DNA of 63,405 nt, filler included, from Anaerolineae bacterium (GTDB lineage: Bacteria > Chloroflexota > Anaerolineae > B4-G1 > DUEL01): the NCBI GenBank assembly GCA_041082215.1. It is 7 parts of 7 records of this genome, joined end to end, with 100 filler letters (N's around TTAATTAATTAA, not from the genome) between each part and the next. Parts side by side here need not be neighbours in the genome. Positions count along the whole stretch, not along the records: positions 46,000 to 60,560 come from JBDOIF010000088.1; 6 more parts are not named here. One strand, given 5' to 3'. The position numbers and the translations under genes are program-made. Below the pieces are notes generated by a model. That model ran no database searches and was not told the origin of the DNA. It was given only the letters and a program-made list of their open reading frames with translations. How positions within the stretch are numbered: position 1 is the stretch's first letter; each line of letters opens with the position of its first letter. Positions 46,000-55,998 of this stretch are shown one piece after another.

Positions 46000-48900
46000 A
46001 ATCTGGAGGATGTCCTCCACCAGCGACGCCTGCCGCTCCGCCTCCTGGGCCAGCGGCTCCAGATACTCCCGCCACCGTTCCGGCTGCTGCTGCATCAGAT
46101 AGGCGTACAGCTTGATGGTGGTCGCCGGCGTCCGCAGCTCGTGGGAGACGTTGGAGACAAACTGAGTCTTCATCCGGTCCAGCGCCTTCAGGTGGCTCAC
46201 GTCGTGGATCACCACCACCGCTCCTCCTGCCCCTCCCGACCCACCGATCGGCGAGGCCTTCAGCTCCAGGTCCAGCCCCTTCAGCTCCAGAACCTGCCGG
46301 GGCCGCTCTTCGGCCCGCAGCGCCAGCTCCCGCACCGTCCTCCGGAGGTACCTGGCATCCTCTGGCAGCAGCTCCTGGGTGAGCCAGCCCTGGGCCATCG
46401 GGTTGGCCTGGACGATCTCCCCGTGGGTATCGGTGACGACGATGCCGTCGGTGGCGCTCTCCAGCACCGCTTCCAGCCGGGCGTACTGGGCAGCCAGCTC
46501 TGCCGTCCGGTCCCGTACCCGCGCTTCCAGCTGCTCGGCATAATTCCGCAGCTCCCGGTAGAGCTGGGCGTTCTCGATGGCGATGGCGGCCTGGCTGGCG
46601 AAGGCCTTCAGCCGCTCGCCGTCGGCGGGGCCGAACTGGCCAGGCTGGCCCCCGTTGATGTTGAGGAAGCCCACCGTCAATCCCCCCACCTGGATCGGCG
46701 CGCCGACGTAGGAGCGGATCCATTCCTGCCCTGCCGCCCGAATCCAGCCGGGATCGGCCTGTGTATCCGGGATCACAACCGGCTCTCCCTGCCACACCAT
46801 CCGCCGGAGAACGGGCGCATGCTCCAGCGGGATAAGCCGGTCGGCGGGCTCTCCTCCAATCCCTATCCGCCGGACGACGCGGGCCTGGCCGTCCTCGATC
46901 AGCATGATATTGGAGCTATCGCCGGGGACGACCCGCTGGGCCTGCTCCAGGATGCGGTCCAGCACCTGATCCAGCTCGAGGGTAGAGCCGACGGCGGCGG
47001 CAGCCCCGGCCAGCGCCTGCGCCAGCTCCCTCTGCTCCTGCTCCCGCTCGTAGAGCCGGGCGTTCTCGATGGCGACGGCTGCCTGGGCGGCGAACGCCTC
47101 CGCCAGCCGGGCGTGGGCCTCCGTGTAGAAGCCCGGTTCCCGTTTGTCCAGCGCGATCATCCCGATCAGCCGCTCCCCGACCACCATCGGCACGCCCAGC
47201 CAGGCGCGGATCCCCGCCTGGGCGTGCGGCCCCCGCCGGAACTCAGCATACGCCTCCGAGGCATCCTCCAGGATGAACGGCGCGCGGCTTTCCACCACCC
47301 GCCGGTTGGGGTTGTCGTCGCGGGTCAGGTCGAAAGCGACCCCCACCAGTTCCTCCAGGTTGGGGAAGCCCCGCCCACCAACGATGTAGAGCCGATCCCC
47401 ATCCAGCAGTTGGACCGAGGCGGTGTCGTAGGGGACCACCCGCTGAAGCTCGGCCAGGATGCGGTCCACCACTTCGTCCAGGTCCAGGGTCGTGGCCATC
47501 GCCAGCGCCGCTTCTCGCAGCGTCTCCTGCTCCAGCGCCCGCTGCTGGCTTTCCCGATAGAGCCGGGCGTTCTCGATGGCCGCGGCGGCGGAATCGGCGA
47601 AGGCCCGCAACGGACCGAGATGGGCCGGGGTGAAGAAGCCGGGGGTGGCGCTATCCACGTTCAGGAAGCCGATCACCTCACCCCGGACGACGATGGGCAC
47701 GGCGGCGTAGGAGCGCAGCCATTCCTGCACCGGCACATGGACCCAGCCGGGATAGGTGGCCGTGTCGGGGATGACCAGCGGTTCCTTTGTTTCTTTCATC
47801 AGACGGAGGTTCGGCACCTCGGGGATGCGGAAGACGACGGTCGAGACGAACTCCTCGGCGCCGAAACGGTCGTAGCCCCGCCAGCGGGCGATGCGGACCT
47901 CATCCCCTTCAACAATCATGAAGTTGGCTGCGTCGTGGGGCACAACATGCCCCACCTGCTCCAGGATGCGGTCCAGCACCTGATCCAGCTCGAGGGTAGA
48001 GCCGACGGCGGCAGCGGCCCCGGCCAGCGCCTCGGCCAGTTGCCGCTGCCCCCGCTCTCGCTCGTAGAGCCGCGCGTTGGCGATAGCGGCCGCCACCGTC
48101 GCCGCTGCGGATTCGGCAAGACGAAGGTGGTCCTCCCCAAAGAAGCCCTCCTGTTCGCTATATAGCGACATCACCCCCATCAGCTCCTCACGGCTGATGA
48201 GCGGGACGCTGAGGGCCGACCGCACCCAGTCGTCCAGGCCTGGAACCGGCAGCCATCGCCTGTCGGCCGTCACGTCGGCCACGACGGCCGGCGTGCGGTG
48301 GGCTGCCACCCAGCCGGCCAGGCTGCTATCCCCGGGCGGCAGTTGCAGCTCCCTGAGCGGGAAGTCAGCCGGTTCCGGCTCGTATCCCGAGACGGCGACC
48401 AGCCGCAGCCGCTCCACATCCGGCTCCCATACGAGGACAATCCCCCACAACGCGCCGACCACCGCGCAGATATCCTCCAGCGCCTGCTGGGCTATGGCGT
48501 GGATATCTATGCTGGCGGAGAGGCGCTGACCGAGCCGGTGGAGGAGTTCCAGCCGCTCCCGCTCGAGCCGGGCCGCTTCATAGAGTTGCGCATTGCGGAG
48601 GGCGATGGCAGCCTGGGCTGCAAAGAGGCCCAATAGCTCCGCGTCGGCGTGGGAGAAGAGGCACGGCTGATCGGAGGCTACGGTGATCACCCCCAGGAAC
48701 GCTTCGCCCCAGCGGATCGGCGCGCCCACCACTGCTGCGTAGGGATACCCCTCGTAGATGGCAGCCCGGCCCTCCCAGAACCGGTAATCCTCCACCACCA
48801 GCGGCTCCCCCGATTCCCACACCTTGCCCGACAGGCCCTCCCCCCGACGAAGGGTTGCGCCTGGGAGCACAGGCAGGAGACCGACCGTCACTACCAGCTC

Positions 48901-49479
48901 CAGTCTGTCCTGCTCCGGGCGGTACAGATACAGGCCGCCGTGGTTGCCGCCGATCAATTCCGCCGCCCGCCTGACGATGGAATGCAGGAGGCTTTCCAGG
49001 TCCAGCTCGGCTGCCAGTTCCAGCCCGATCTGGCGCAGCGCATCCAGCCGCTTGGCCTGCTGGCGGAGCGACACCTCCGCTTCCCGCGCTGTCCGTCTCA
49101 GCTCAGCCCGCTGGAGCACCCCGCGCACCACCGTCGGGAGCCGGGAGAAGTGTCTGGGCGACTTGAGCACGTAATCGTCCAGCCCCCCCTTCATCGCCTC
49201 CACCGCCACCTCCTCGTTGCCAGTGGCGGTGAACATCACCACCGGGCAGTCCGGATACCGGCTCTTGACCGCCCGTAGCACCTCCAGCCCGTCCGACCAG
49301 CGGAGCTGGTAGTCGGTGATCACCAGGTCGAAGCCGCCCTGCGCCAGCGCCTCCTCAAACCGGGCGGAGTCGGTGATCTCCTCCACCTCCAGCCCCTCGA
49401 ACTCCTGGCGCAGCACCCGCATCGTCAGAAGACGGTCGTTGGGGTCATCATCCACCAGCAGGATGTGTAATACGTCCAT
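46000..49479 (-). CDS. Hybrid sensor kinase REC-5xGAF-PAS-HisKA (C-terminus lost at contig end)
   Basis: ILLVDDD/ITDY receiver; five GAF repeats each ending A.AI.NA.LY; FVSNVSHELRTP; alternative GTG start at 49536. Confidence 0.92.
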
Positions 49480-49532
49480 CACAGGTTCTCTCGTACGCCA
49501 CGGAACACGGTATGCGTATTGCGTACTGCGTG

Positions 49533-49982
49533 TCACGTGCCCATTTCCGGCTTCTCGCTCAGCACCATCCAGTAAAGATGTACCGCTTTGAGCAGGTCCA
49601 CCAGGCCCTCAAAGCCGACCGGCTTGACCAGGTAGGAGTTGGCTCCCAGCTCGTAGGCCTGGTTGATGTCGGGGCCGTTGCGGGAGGAGGTGAGGACGAC
49701 AACAGGTACTCGCTTCAGCCCTGCGTGCTGCCGGATCCACTGGAGCACCTCGAAGCCGGAGCGGCGGGGGAGCTTCAGGTCCAGCAACACCAGCGCCGGC
49801 AACGGATACTGCTCCCGGTCAGCATAAGCCCCCTCTCCGCCCAGGTAGGCGATCGCCTCCTCGCCGTCCCGGACGACCTGGAGAGGGTTGACCAGCCTGG
49901 CCTTCCGGAAGGCCCGCTGGATGAGAAGGACGTCGTTGGGGTCATCTTCGACCAGAAGGATGGTCTGGACTTGAGTGAACAT
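49533..49982 (-). CDS. Single-domain response regulator (Rcp1-like)
   Basis: LLVEDDPND, LLDLKLP, VVLTSS, AY.LGANSY.VKPV. Confidence 0.93.
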   Translation of the reverse strand: MFTQVQTILLVEDDPNDVLLIQRAFRKARLVNPLQVVRDGEEAIAYLGGEGAYADREQYPLPALVLLDLKLPRRSGFEVLQWIRQHAGLKRVPVVVLTSSRNGPDINQAYELGANSYLVKPVGFEGLVDLLKAVHLYWMVLSEKPEMGT

Positions 49983-50045
49983 CTGACCTTCTTGCCCTCT
50001 TCTCACCACAGAGAGGCACAGAGGATACAGAGTTCCGGTGAACAG

Positions 50046-51746
50046 TTACCCTGCTCCACACAATTCTATCCAGAATCGGCTTCCCTGTCCAACCTCCGAT
50101 TCCAACCCCACGCGCCCTCCCATCCGCTCCACCCCCTTTTTGACGATGGCCAGTCCCACGCCGGTGCCGGGGTAGGTCTCGATGCTATGCAGCCGCTCGA
50201 AGATGCGAAAGACCCGCTCGTGGTGCTCGGGGGGGATGCCGATGCCGTTATCCTCCACCCAGAGGCGGACCCATTGTCCCCGCTCTTCGGCCCACAACCG
50301 CACCCGGGGGCGGACTCCCCCGGCGACGAACTTGACGGCATTGGAAATCAGGTTCGAGACAACCTGGGCCAGGACGGTATAGTGGGCGCGGACCATCGGG
50401 AGCGGTCCTTCGACCACGATCTGGGCCTCCTTTTTCTGGACTTCAACCTCCAGCTCCCGCAGGGCGTCCTGCACCACCAGCTCCAGGTCAACGGGGCCGA
50501 GCCGGATATCAGTGCGGCTCACCCGGCTGTAGGTGAGCAGGTCCTGGATGAGGGCGTCCATCCGTTGGGCGGCAGCGACGACGCGCCCGGCGTAATCCCG
50601 GGCGGTGGGGTCCATCTCGCCGCCGTAGTCCTCCAGCAGCGCCTGGGCGAACCCCTCCATCGCCCGCAGCGGCGCCCGCAGGTCGTGGGAGACGGAGTAG
50701 ACGAAGGCTTCCAGCTCCTCGTTCGCCTCCCGCAGTTGGGCGGCGGTGGCCTCCAGGTTCCGGTTGGCCGCCTGGAGGTCCTCCAGCAGGTTGGTGAGCG
50801 CCCGGTTGAGCCGCTCCACCTCCGCCATCCGCTCCTCCAGCTCAGCCGTCCGTTCGGCGACGCGCCGTTCCAGCTCCTCAGCATGCTGTCGCAGCATCCC
50901 CTCCGCCTGCTTCCGCCAGGTGACGTCGCGGGCCACGAGGAGTATCCCCGCGGCCTGGCCCTCGTGGAGGACAGGGGAGGAACTGACCTCGACAGCGATC
51001 CGCTCCCCGTGTCGGTTGACGAACTCCGTCTCATAAACGTAGCGGTCGAATTCGCCCGCCGCGCGCTGGTCCCGCCGCTGGGCGAGTGCCGGGAGGTGCT
51101 CGGGTGGGATGAAGTCGGTGACGAGCTTTCCCAGCGCCTCCTCCTTGCTGTACCCGCTCCATTCCAGCCCGGCCTGGTTGACGTAGAGGATCCGTCCCTC
51201 CATATCGTGGACGAGGATGATGTCCCGTGCCGTCTCGGCAAGGAGGCGATACCTGGCCTCGCTCTCCGCCAGCTCGGCGACCCGCCGGGCCACTTCCTCT
51301 TCCAGGGTCCGGTACCGCAGGATGTTGGCGAGGACCGGCGCCAGGTAGCCAGCCGCCGTCTCCACCAGCCGCTGCTCCTGCACCAGTTCTTCCCCCGCCC
51401 GCCGGCTCCGGACGCAGAGGACCCCCAGCAGCCGTTGCTCGGCGATCAGGGGCACAGCATACTGGCAGGGTCCATCCCCTTCCTCAACCCCGCCTTTCTC
51501 CCTCAGCCACCGCCAGGGGTCGAACCCCACCGGAAGCTCTCCTCCGATGGGGAGGGGAAGGCCCACGGCCTGGATCAGGCAGAGCGTATGCCCGGTCTGC
51601 CCGGCGACGAAGAGCGCCGCCTGCGCTACCCCCGTCGAGCGGGCCAGCCAGTCCATAAAGACGGCCGTCTCGTGGTCCAGGTCCAGCGTCCTGCCCACCG
51701 TCAGGCCCAGTTCATATAGCTGCTGCAGCGGTTGCTCTGGATTCAT
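50046..51746 (-). CDS. GAF-PAS sensor histidine kinase (Cph1-like transmitter)
   Basis: FVYSVSHDLRAPLR, NLISNAVKF, DNGIGI, IFERLH...YPGTGVGLAI. Confidence 0.93.
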   Translation of the reverse strand: MNPEQPLQQLYELGLTVGRTLDLDHETAVFMDWLARSTGVAQAALFVAGQTGHTLCLIQAVGLPLPIGGELPVGFDPWRWLREKGGVEEGDGPCQYAVPLIAEQRLLGVLCVRSRRAGEELVQEQRLVETAAGYLAPVLANILRYRTLEEEVARRVAELAESEARYRLLAETARDIILVHDMEGRILYVNQAGLEWSGYSKEEALGKLVTDFIPPEHLPALAQRRDQRAAGEFDRYVYETEFVNRHGERIAVEVSSSPVLHEGQAAGILLVARDVTWRKQAEGMLRQHAEELERRVAERTAELEERMAEVERLNRALTNLLEDLQAANRNLEATAAQLREANEELEAFVYSVSHDLRAPLRAMEGFAQALLEDYGGEMDPTARDYAGRVVAAAQRMDALIQDLLTYSRVSRTDIRLGPVDLELVVQDALRELEVEVQKKEAQIVVEGPLPMVRAHYTVLAQVVSNLISNAVKFVAGGVRPRVRLWAEERGQWVRLWVEDNGIGIPPEHHERVFRIFERLHSIETYPGTGVGLAIVKKGVERMGGRVGLESEVGQGSRFWIELCGAG

Positions 51747-51813
51747 CGGTCATGTGGGACAGGCTTTCCAGCCTGTCCGGACAGCCCGGAAAGGCTATCC
51801 TGCAACTGTTCTA

Positions 51814-53235
51814 TCAGCCCTCCAGGATGGAGAACGCCCCTGCAATCGCCTCGCCGATCCTGATTCCCCCTTCTTCGGGGATGACGAACTCCCGGACCTC
51901 GTTGCTATGGCCGCTGCCACGGGCGCTGAGGACGGTGATGGCCCGCCGGATCTGTGCCCCGGAGGGGACGTAGCGGAGGAGGATCACGTTGTCGGCGATG
52001 TGGGAGACCCCGCGCCCGGTCAGCGTCAGCTCGGCGGCGAACATCCTGCCCATCTCGTGGGTCAGGAGCGCGGTAATCCCCCGGTTCTTGAACCACTGGA
52101 TCAGCGAGTAGACGTAGTTGAAGTACCGGTCCTCATCCCTGCGGGTGCCAGCCTCGAAGTCGGCGACGCTGTCAATCACCACCCGGCGGGCCTTCACCTG
52201 CTCGACGCATTCCACCATCGCCAGCACGTGCTCATCCACGTCCAGCTCCACCGGCGAGGTATAGAACATATCCAGCAGCCCCTCAGCCCGGAGCCGGTCC
52301 ACTTCGAAGCCGAAATTACGGGCGATCTGGGCCAACTGGCTGGGGTCCTCCTGGAAGGAGATGTAGGCCCCCGGCTCGCCCTGGAGTGCGCCGTTGAGGA
52401 GGAAGTGGAGGGCAGTGACCGTCTTTCCCACACCGGGGTCGCCGGCGACAAGGGTGGCGGTGCCGCGCAGGAGGCCGCCGTGGAGGAGTTCGTCCAGGCC
52501 GGGGATGCCGGTAGATGCCCGCTCCTGGCTGACGGTGTAGGCCTCCGGAGTGGGCGGGGTGACGAAGCGGGGGAAGAGGGTGATGCCGTCGGCGGTGATG
52601 CGAAAGGCGTGCTCGCCGGAGAGGTAGCTGCTGCCCCGGAGCTTGCGCACGCGGAGGCTGCGGTAGTCCCGCAGGCCGATGGGCTGGTTCCGCAGCTCGA
52701 TGATCCCGTCCACGATGCTCGTCTCCGGCAGTGCGGCGAACTCCTCTGAGCTGTACTCCCCCACCAGCAAGGTGGTGCAGGAAAGGGTGGCCAGCTCCGC
52801 TGCCAGCCGGTAGAGGGTGCGCCTCAGTTTGGCCGGCGATTCGGCTACGTCGTGGATCGCCCTGAAGCTATCAATCACCAGGAACCCTGGCTCGTACCGG
52901 GCCACCAGCTCCTGGATATAGCTCAGGGCCGCTTCACCGTTCCCTTCCAGCAGCATTGGCCCGATGTCCTCATACAACACCGCCTTCCCCACTTTCTCCA
53001 AATCGAAGAAAGAAAGCCCCTGGGTGAACTGGATCAGCCGGGAGAGGGGCTCGGAGATGGTGGTCACGATCAAGGCCCGGTTCTGGGGGGTTGCCCAGCC
53101 ATAGGCGATCTGGTGGGCCAGGATGGTTTTGCCGCTTCCGGGGACCCCGCTGATGAGCAGGATACTGTTGCGGGGCAGTCCGCCGCCCAGTATGCCATCC
53201 AGGTTCGGCACGCTGGTAGGAATTCGTTCTAACAT
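51814..53235 (-). CDS. KaiC-like double-domain ATPase
   Basis: Two RecA-fold domains: GVPGSGKT / VIDS / RKLRGS and GDPGVGKT / VIDSV / SARGS.H. Confidence 0.92.
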   Translation of the reverse strand: MLERIPTSVPNLDGILGGGLPRNSILLISGVPGSGKTILAHQIAYGWATPQNRALIVTTISEPLSRLIQFTQGLSFFDLEKVGKAVLYEDIGPMLLEGNGEAALSYIQELVARYEPGFLVIDSFRAIHDVAESPAKLRRTLYRLAAELATLSCTTLLVGEYSSEEFAALPETSIVDGIIELRNQPIGLRDYRSLRVRKLRGSSYLSGEHAFRITADGITLFPRFVTPPTPEAYTVSQERASTGIPGLDELLHGGLLRGTATLVAGDPGVGKTVTALHFLLNGALQGEPGAYISFQEDPSQLAQIARNFGFEVDRLRAEGLLDMFYTSPVELDVDEHVLAMVECVEQVKARRVVIDSVADFEAGTRRDEDRYFNYVYSLIQWFKNRGITALLTHEMGRMFAAELTLTGRGVSHIADNVILLRYVPSGAQIRRAITVLSARGSGHSNEVREFVIPEEGGIRIGEAIAGAFSILEG

Positions 53236-53642
53236 TCATCGCTCCTTTCGTCGCCGTTTCCGGCGGTGGGGGACCCCCCCACAAGGTTCCAGATATGGTC
53301 CAGAAGCACCTCCCGCTGGAGGGGCTTCAGCAGGAAGCGGTCGGCTCCCACCTGGGCAGCCCGCTCCTTCGCCAGGAGGAGTGTGAAGAAGAGCACCGGG
53401 ATATCGCGGGTCTCCGGGTGGCTCTTCAGGTGGTAACAGGCCTGGAAGCCGTCCACTGTGGGCAGGAGGGCTTCCAGGATCACCAGGGCGGGGCGGTTTT
53501 CACGGACCGCTTCGACGACGGCCGCGCCGTCCTCCACGAACATCAGGTCGAAATGGGGCTCCAGAATCCGCCGGAGGCTGGCCTGCATGAAGGGGTCCCG
53601 CTCCGCTACAAGGATCAGGGGTCGCTCTCTTTGCATCTTCAT
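53229..53642 (-). CDS. Atypical (pseudo-)receiver domain protein
   Basis: Receiver fold with LVAERD acidic pocket, LVILEALLP (Asp->Glu at phospho-site), FLLKP. Confidence 0.85.
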   Translation of the reverse strand: MKMQRERPLILVAERDPFMQASLRRILEPHFDLMFVEDGAAVVEAVRENRPALVILEALLPTVDGFQACYHLKSHPETRDIPVLFFTLLLAKERAAQVGADRFLLKPLQREVLLDHIWNLVGGSPTAGNGDERSDEC

Positions 53643-53675
53643 TCTGGTTACCGGTCCATCTCAAGAGGCAGAGGG

Positions 53676-55712
53676 CTATTCTTCCTTTGCCTTCAGCGGG
53701 TCATCCGCCGCAGGGGTCAGCCCGGCCTCCAGAAGCTGGGCTCGCAGCCGGCGGATCACCTCTTTCAGCTCCGCCATCCGGATCTCCCGACCGGCCATCA
53801 GGTCAATCAGGCGGCGGTACTCCTGGTTCTGCTCCTCCAGTTTCCGCTCCAGCATCTTCCGGTCCGAGATGTCAATCATCGCGCCGATGAAGCCGATGAA
53901 GTTCCCTTCCTGATCGTAAAGGGCGCCGGGGGCGACCAGAGCGGTAAAGCGGGAGCCGTCCTTGCGGATCAACTCTGCCTCCACCGGTTGGATTGAAAGC
54001 CGGTCCTCCCGCCGCCGCTGCATCCGCTCCGCCAGCCAGGGGCGCAGCTCTGGCGCGATCACATCCAGCATGTTCTTTTTCCCAACGACCTCCTCCGGCT
54101 CATACCCGCCCATCTCTGCCAGCCGCCGGTTGACAAATTGGAAGCGGCCTTCCACATCAGCCTGCCAGATTCCCACCAGGGGGCTTTCCACGAGCTGCCG
54201 GTAACGGTCCTCCGATTCGGCAAGCTGACGGGTGCGCTCCGTTACCAGCGTTTCCAGCTCCCTGGTATAGCGCCCCAGTTCCTCCCGAAGGCGGGCCTGC
54301 TGGATGGCGATGGCCAGCACGTCGGCGACCTCTCTGATGATGGCGCTCTCCTCTTCCCCGAACGCCCCTGGCTCCGCTGCTCCCAGACTCACCGCGCCGA
54401 TCAGCTCCTCCCGGTACCGGAGCGGAGCCGTCAGGAAGGTGCGGTGCCCCTGTTCCACCAGCAGCCGGGCGGCGGTGGAGGAGAGGGAGGCCAGGTCTTC
54501 TATTAACAGCGCCTCGCCCCGCTGCATGGCCTGGATACTCTGCTGCATCCTGGAAAACCAGCTCCAGGGCAGGCGATCTCCGGGCTGGACCAGCGCGCTG
54601 CCGTCCCGTTCGACGGCCAGCACCACGATCTCCTCTCGCTCGCGGTCGAGGGCGGCTGCCATCCCGGCCAGGTAGGGCACCAGCCTTCGCAGTTGCTGGA
54701 GGGCAACGTGGGCAATCTCCTCCGGGGAGCGGGCCTCCAGGATGGCCCGGTCAATCTCCCGCAGGATCTGCAGCCGCTCGGCGTACTGGCGGAGGGCCGC
54801 CTCGCTCCGGGTGCGGTGGGCGATCTCCGTTTCCAGCTCCCGCGTGCGGGCCCGCACCTGAGCGCGAAAGAGGACAGAGCCACCGAAGCCTATGGCGGCT
54901 ACGGCCCCTACCGCCAGCATCAGCCATCCGACCCACGGGGGGGTCCGTTCCAGCAGGGTCGGCTTCTCTACCGCCGCTGCGAACCAGCGGTCCATCGCCT
55001 GATAGTAGACCGAATCCGGTTGCCCTTTCCAGTAGGCCAGGTGGCGGTCAATGGCTGCCAGCAGGTCGCTGTTCCTCCCCTCCGGCGCGGCAATGCGCAG
55101 GTCCGAGGGGCAGCAGACGATGGGACTGGGCAGCACGTCGTATGCCCTGGCGTGGCGCAGGCCGTAGAGGCGGGAGACCAGGCCCGCGTCGGCTTTGCCG
55201 GCGGCAACCCACTCCAGAATCGGTCCGTAATCGTCCAGCTCCACGAAGGTGCAGGAGAGATCGAACCCGTCGGCCAGGGCGCGGAGGCCGGCGTAGTAGA
55301 TGTCTTCCCGCACCACAGCCACCGTTCGGCCTTCCAGATCGAGGATGGACTGGGGGCCGTTCTGGCGGATGTAGACCTGGCCCCAGTTGGCCCATACCGT
55401 CTCGTGGATAAAATCGAAACGCTCGTCCCGCTCCTTGGAGTAAGCGATAGCGGTCATCAGGTCCAGCTCCCCCTGCTCCAGCATCGTCAGGCAGTCGGGG
55501 AACATACACTCCACCCAGTCCAGCTTCCAGCCCTCCTCAGCGGCGACGGCCGTCAGGAGATCAACATAAAGTCCCTGCGCCCTTCCCTCCTCGTCGGTGA
55601 AAACCAGTGGGGCATCTTGATAGACCCCGACCCGGACCGTAGGGGCCTGCGCCCGGGCGGGAAGAGCCATCACGAGGGTCAGAAGCAACAGGAACGGGAC
55701 GATCCTCCTCAT
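53676..55712 (-). CDS. Membrane sensor: periplasmic SBP_bac_3 - TM - GAF - PAS - coiled coil, no catalytic output domain
   Basis: VRVGVYQDAP..G.YVDLL, IAYSKERDERFDF; GAF; PAS; ends LMAGREIRMAELKEVIRRL. Confidence 0.85.
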   Translation of the reverse strand: MRRIVPFLLLLTLVMALPARAQAPTVRVGVYQDAPLVFTDEEGRAQGLYVDLLTAVAAEEGWKLDWVECMFPDCLTMLEQGELDLMTAIAYSKERDERFDFIHETVWANWGQVYIRQNGPQSILDLEGRTVAVVREDIYYAGLRALADGFDLSCTFVELDDYGPILEWVAAGKADAGLVSRLYGLRHARAYDVLPSPIVCCPSDLRIAAPEGRNSDLLAAIDRHLAYWKGQPDSVYYQAMDRWFAAAVEKPTLLERTPPWVGWLMLAVGAVAAIGFGGSVLFRAQVRARTRELETEIAHRTRSEAALRQYAERLQILREIDRAILEARSPEEIAHVALQQLRRLVPYLAGMAAALDREREEIVVLAVERDGSALVQPGDRLPWSWFSRMQQSIQAMQRGEALLIEDLASLSSTAARLLVEQGHRTFLTAPLRYREELIGAVSLGAAEPGAFGEEESAIIREVADVLAIAIQQARLREELGRYTRELETLVTERTRQLAESEDRYRQLVESPLVGIWQADVEGRFQFVNRRLAEMGGYEPEEVVGKKNMLDVIAPELRPWLAERMQRRREDRLSIQPVEAELIRKDGSRFTALVAPGALYDQEGNFIGFIGAMIDISDRKMLERKLEEQNQEYRRLIDLMAGREIRMAELKEVIRRLRAQLLEAGLTPAADDPLKAKEE

Positions 55713-55747
55713 GCCTGTACAACTTTCTGGCGATAATCTTTTTAAAA

Positions 55748-55776
55748 ATTATAACACACTTATGGGAGCAAGGCAA
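55748..55776 (-). promoter_or_regulatory. Sigma70 promoter of the KaiC signalling cluster
   Basis: Minus strand TTGCCT-17 bp-TATAAT with TG.n extension. Confidence 0.7.
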
Positions 55777-55792
55777 AGGTGGGCATCTGCCG

Positions 55793-55911
55793 AGGTGTAT
55801 TTCAGTTTGGGGGCGAAATGCCCCTGGCCCGGGCCGGACCTGGGGAAACACGAATGGCGCGAATGGAAACGAATACCGCGAATGGAGCAGGTATCCCTCC
55901 TATTCGCTGTA
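55793..55911. mobile_element. MITE-like element, copy 4 (right part deleted)
   Basis: Left TIR and CGAAT core match copy 1; similarity stops after CCTATTCGCTGTA. Confidence 0.85.
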
Positions 55912-55919
55912 GTAGCTGG

Positions 55920-55949
55920 TTGCCCCTTTCCCCCGCCGTGTGTTATAAT
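55920..55949 (+). promoter_or_regulatory. Sigma70 promoter (extended -10) of the tRNA nucleotidyltransferase gene
   Basis: TTGCCC-18 bp-TATAAT with TG.n. Confidence 0.65.
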
Positions 55950-55998
55950 GTCAACCGCCGCGCACTTATAGCGGACAGGAACCTGCCGGAGGGATGGT

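Noticed and set aside
51814..53235. Bona fide circadian clock
   Set aside because: No kaiA or kaiB nearby, and the second phosphosite (Thr) is not conserved
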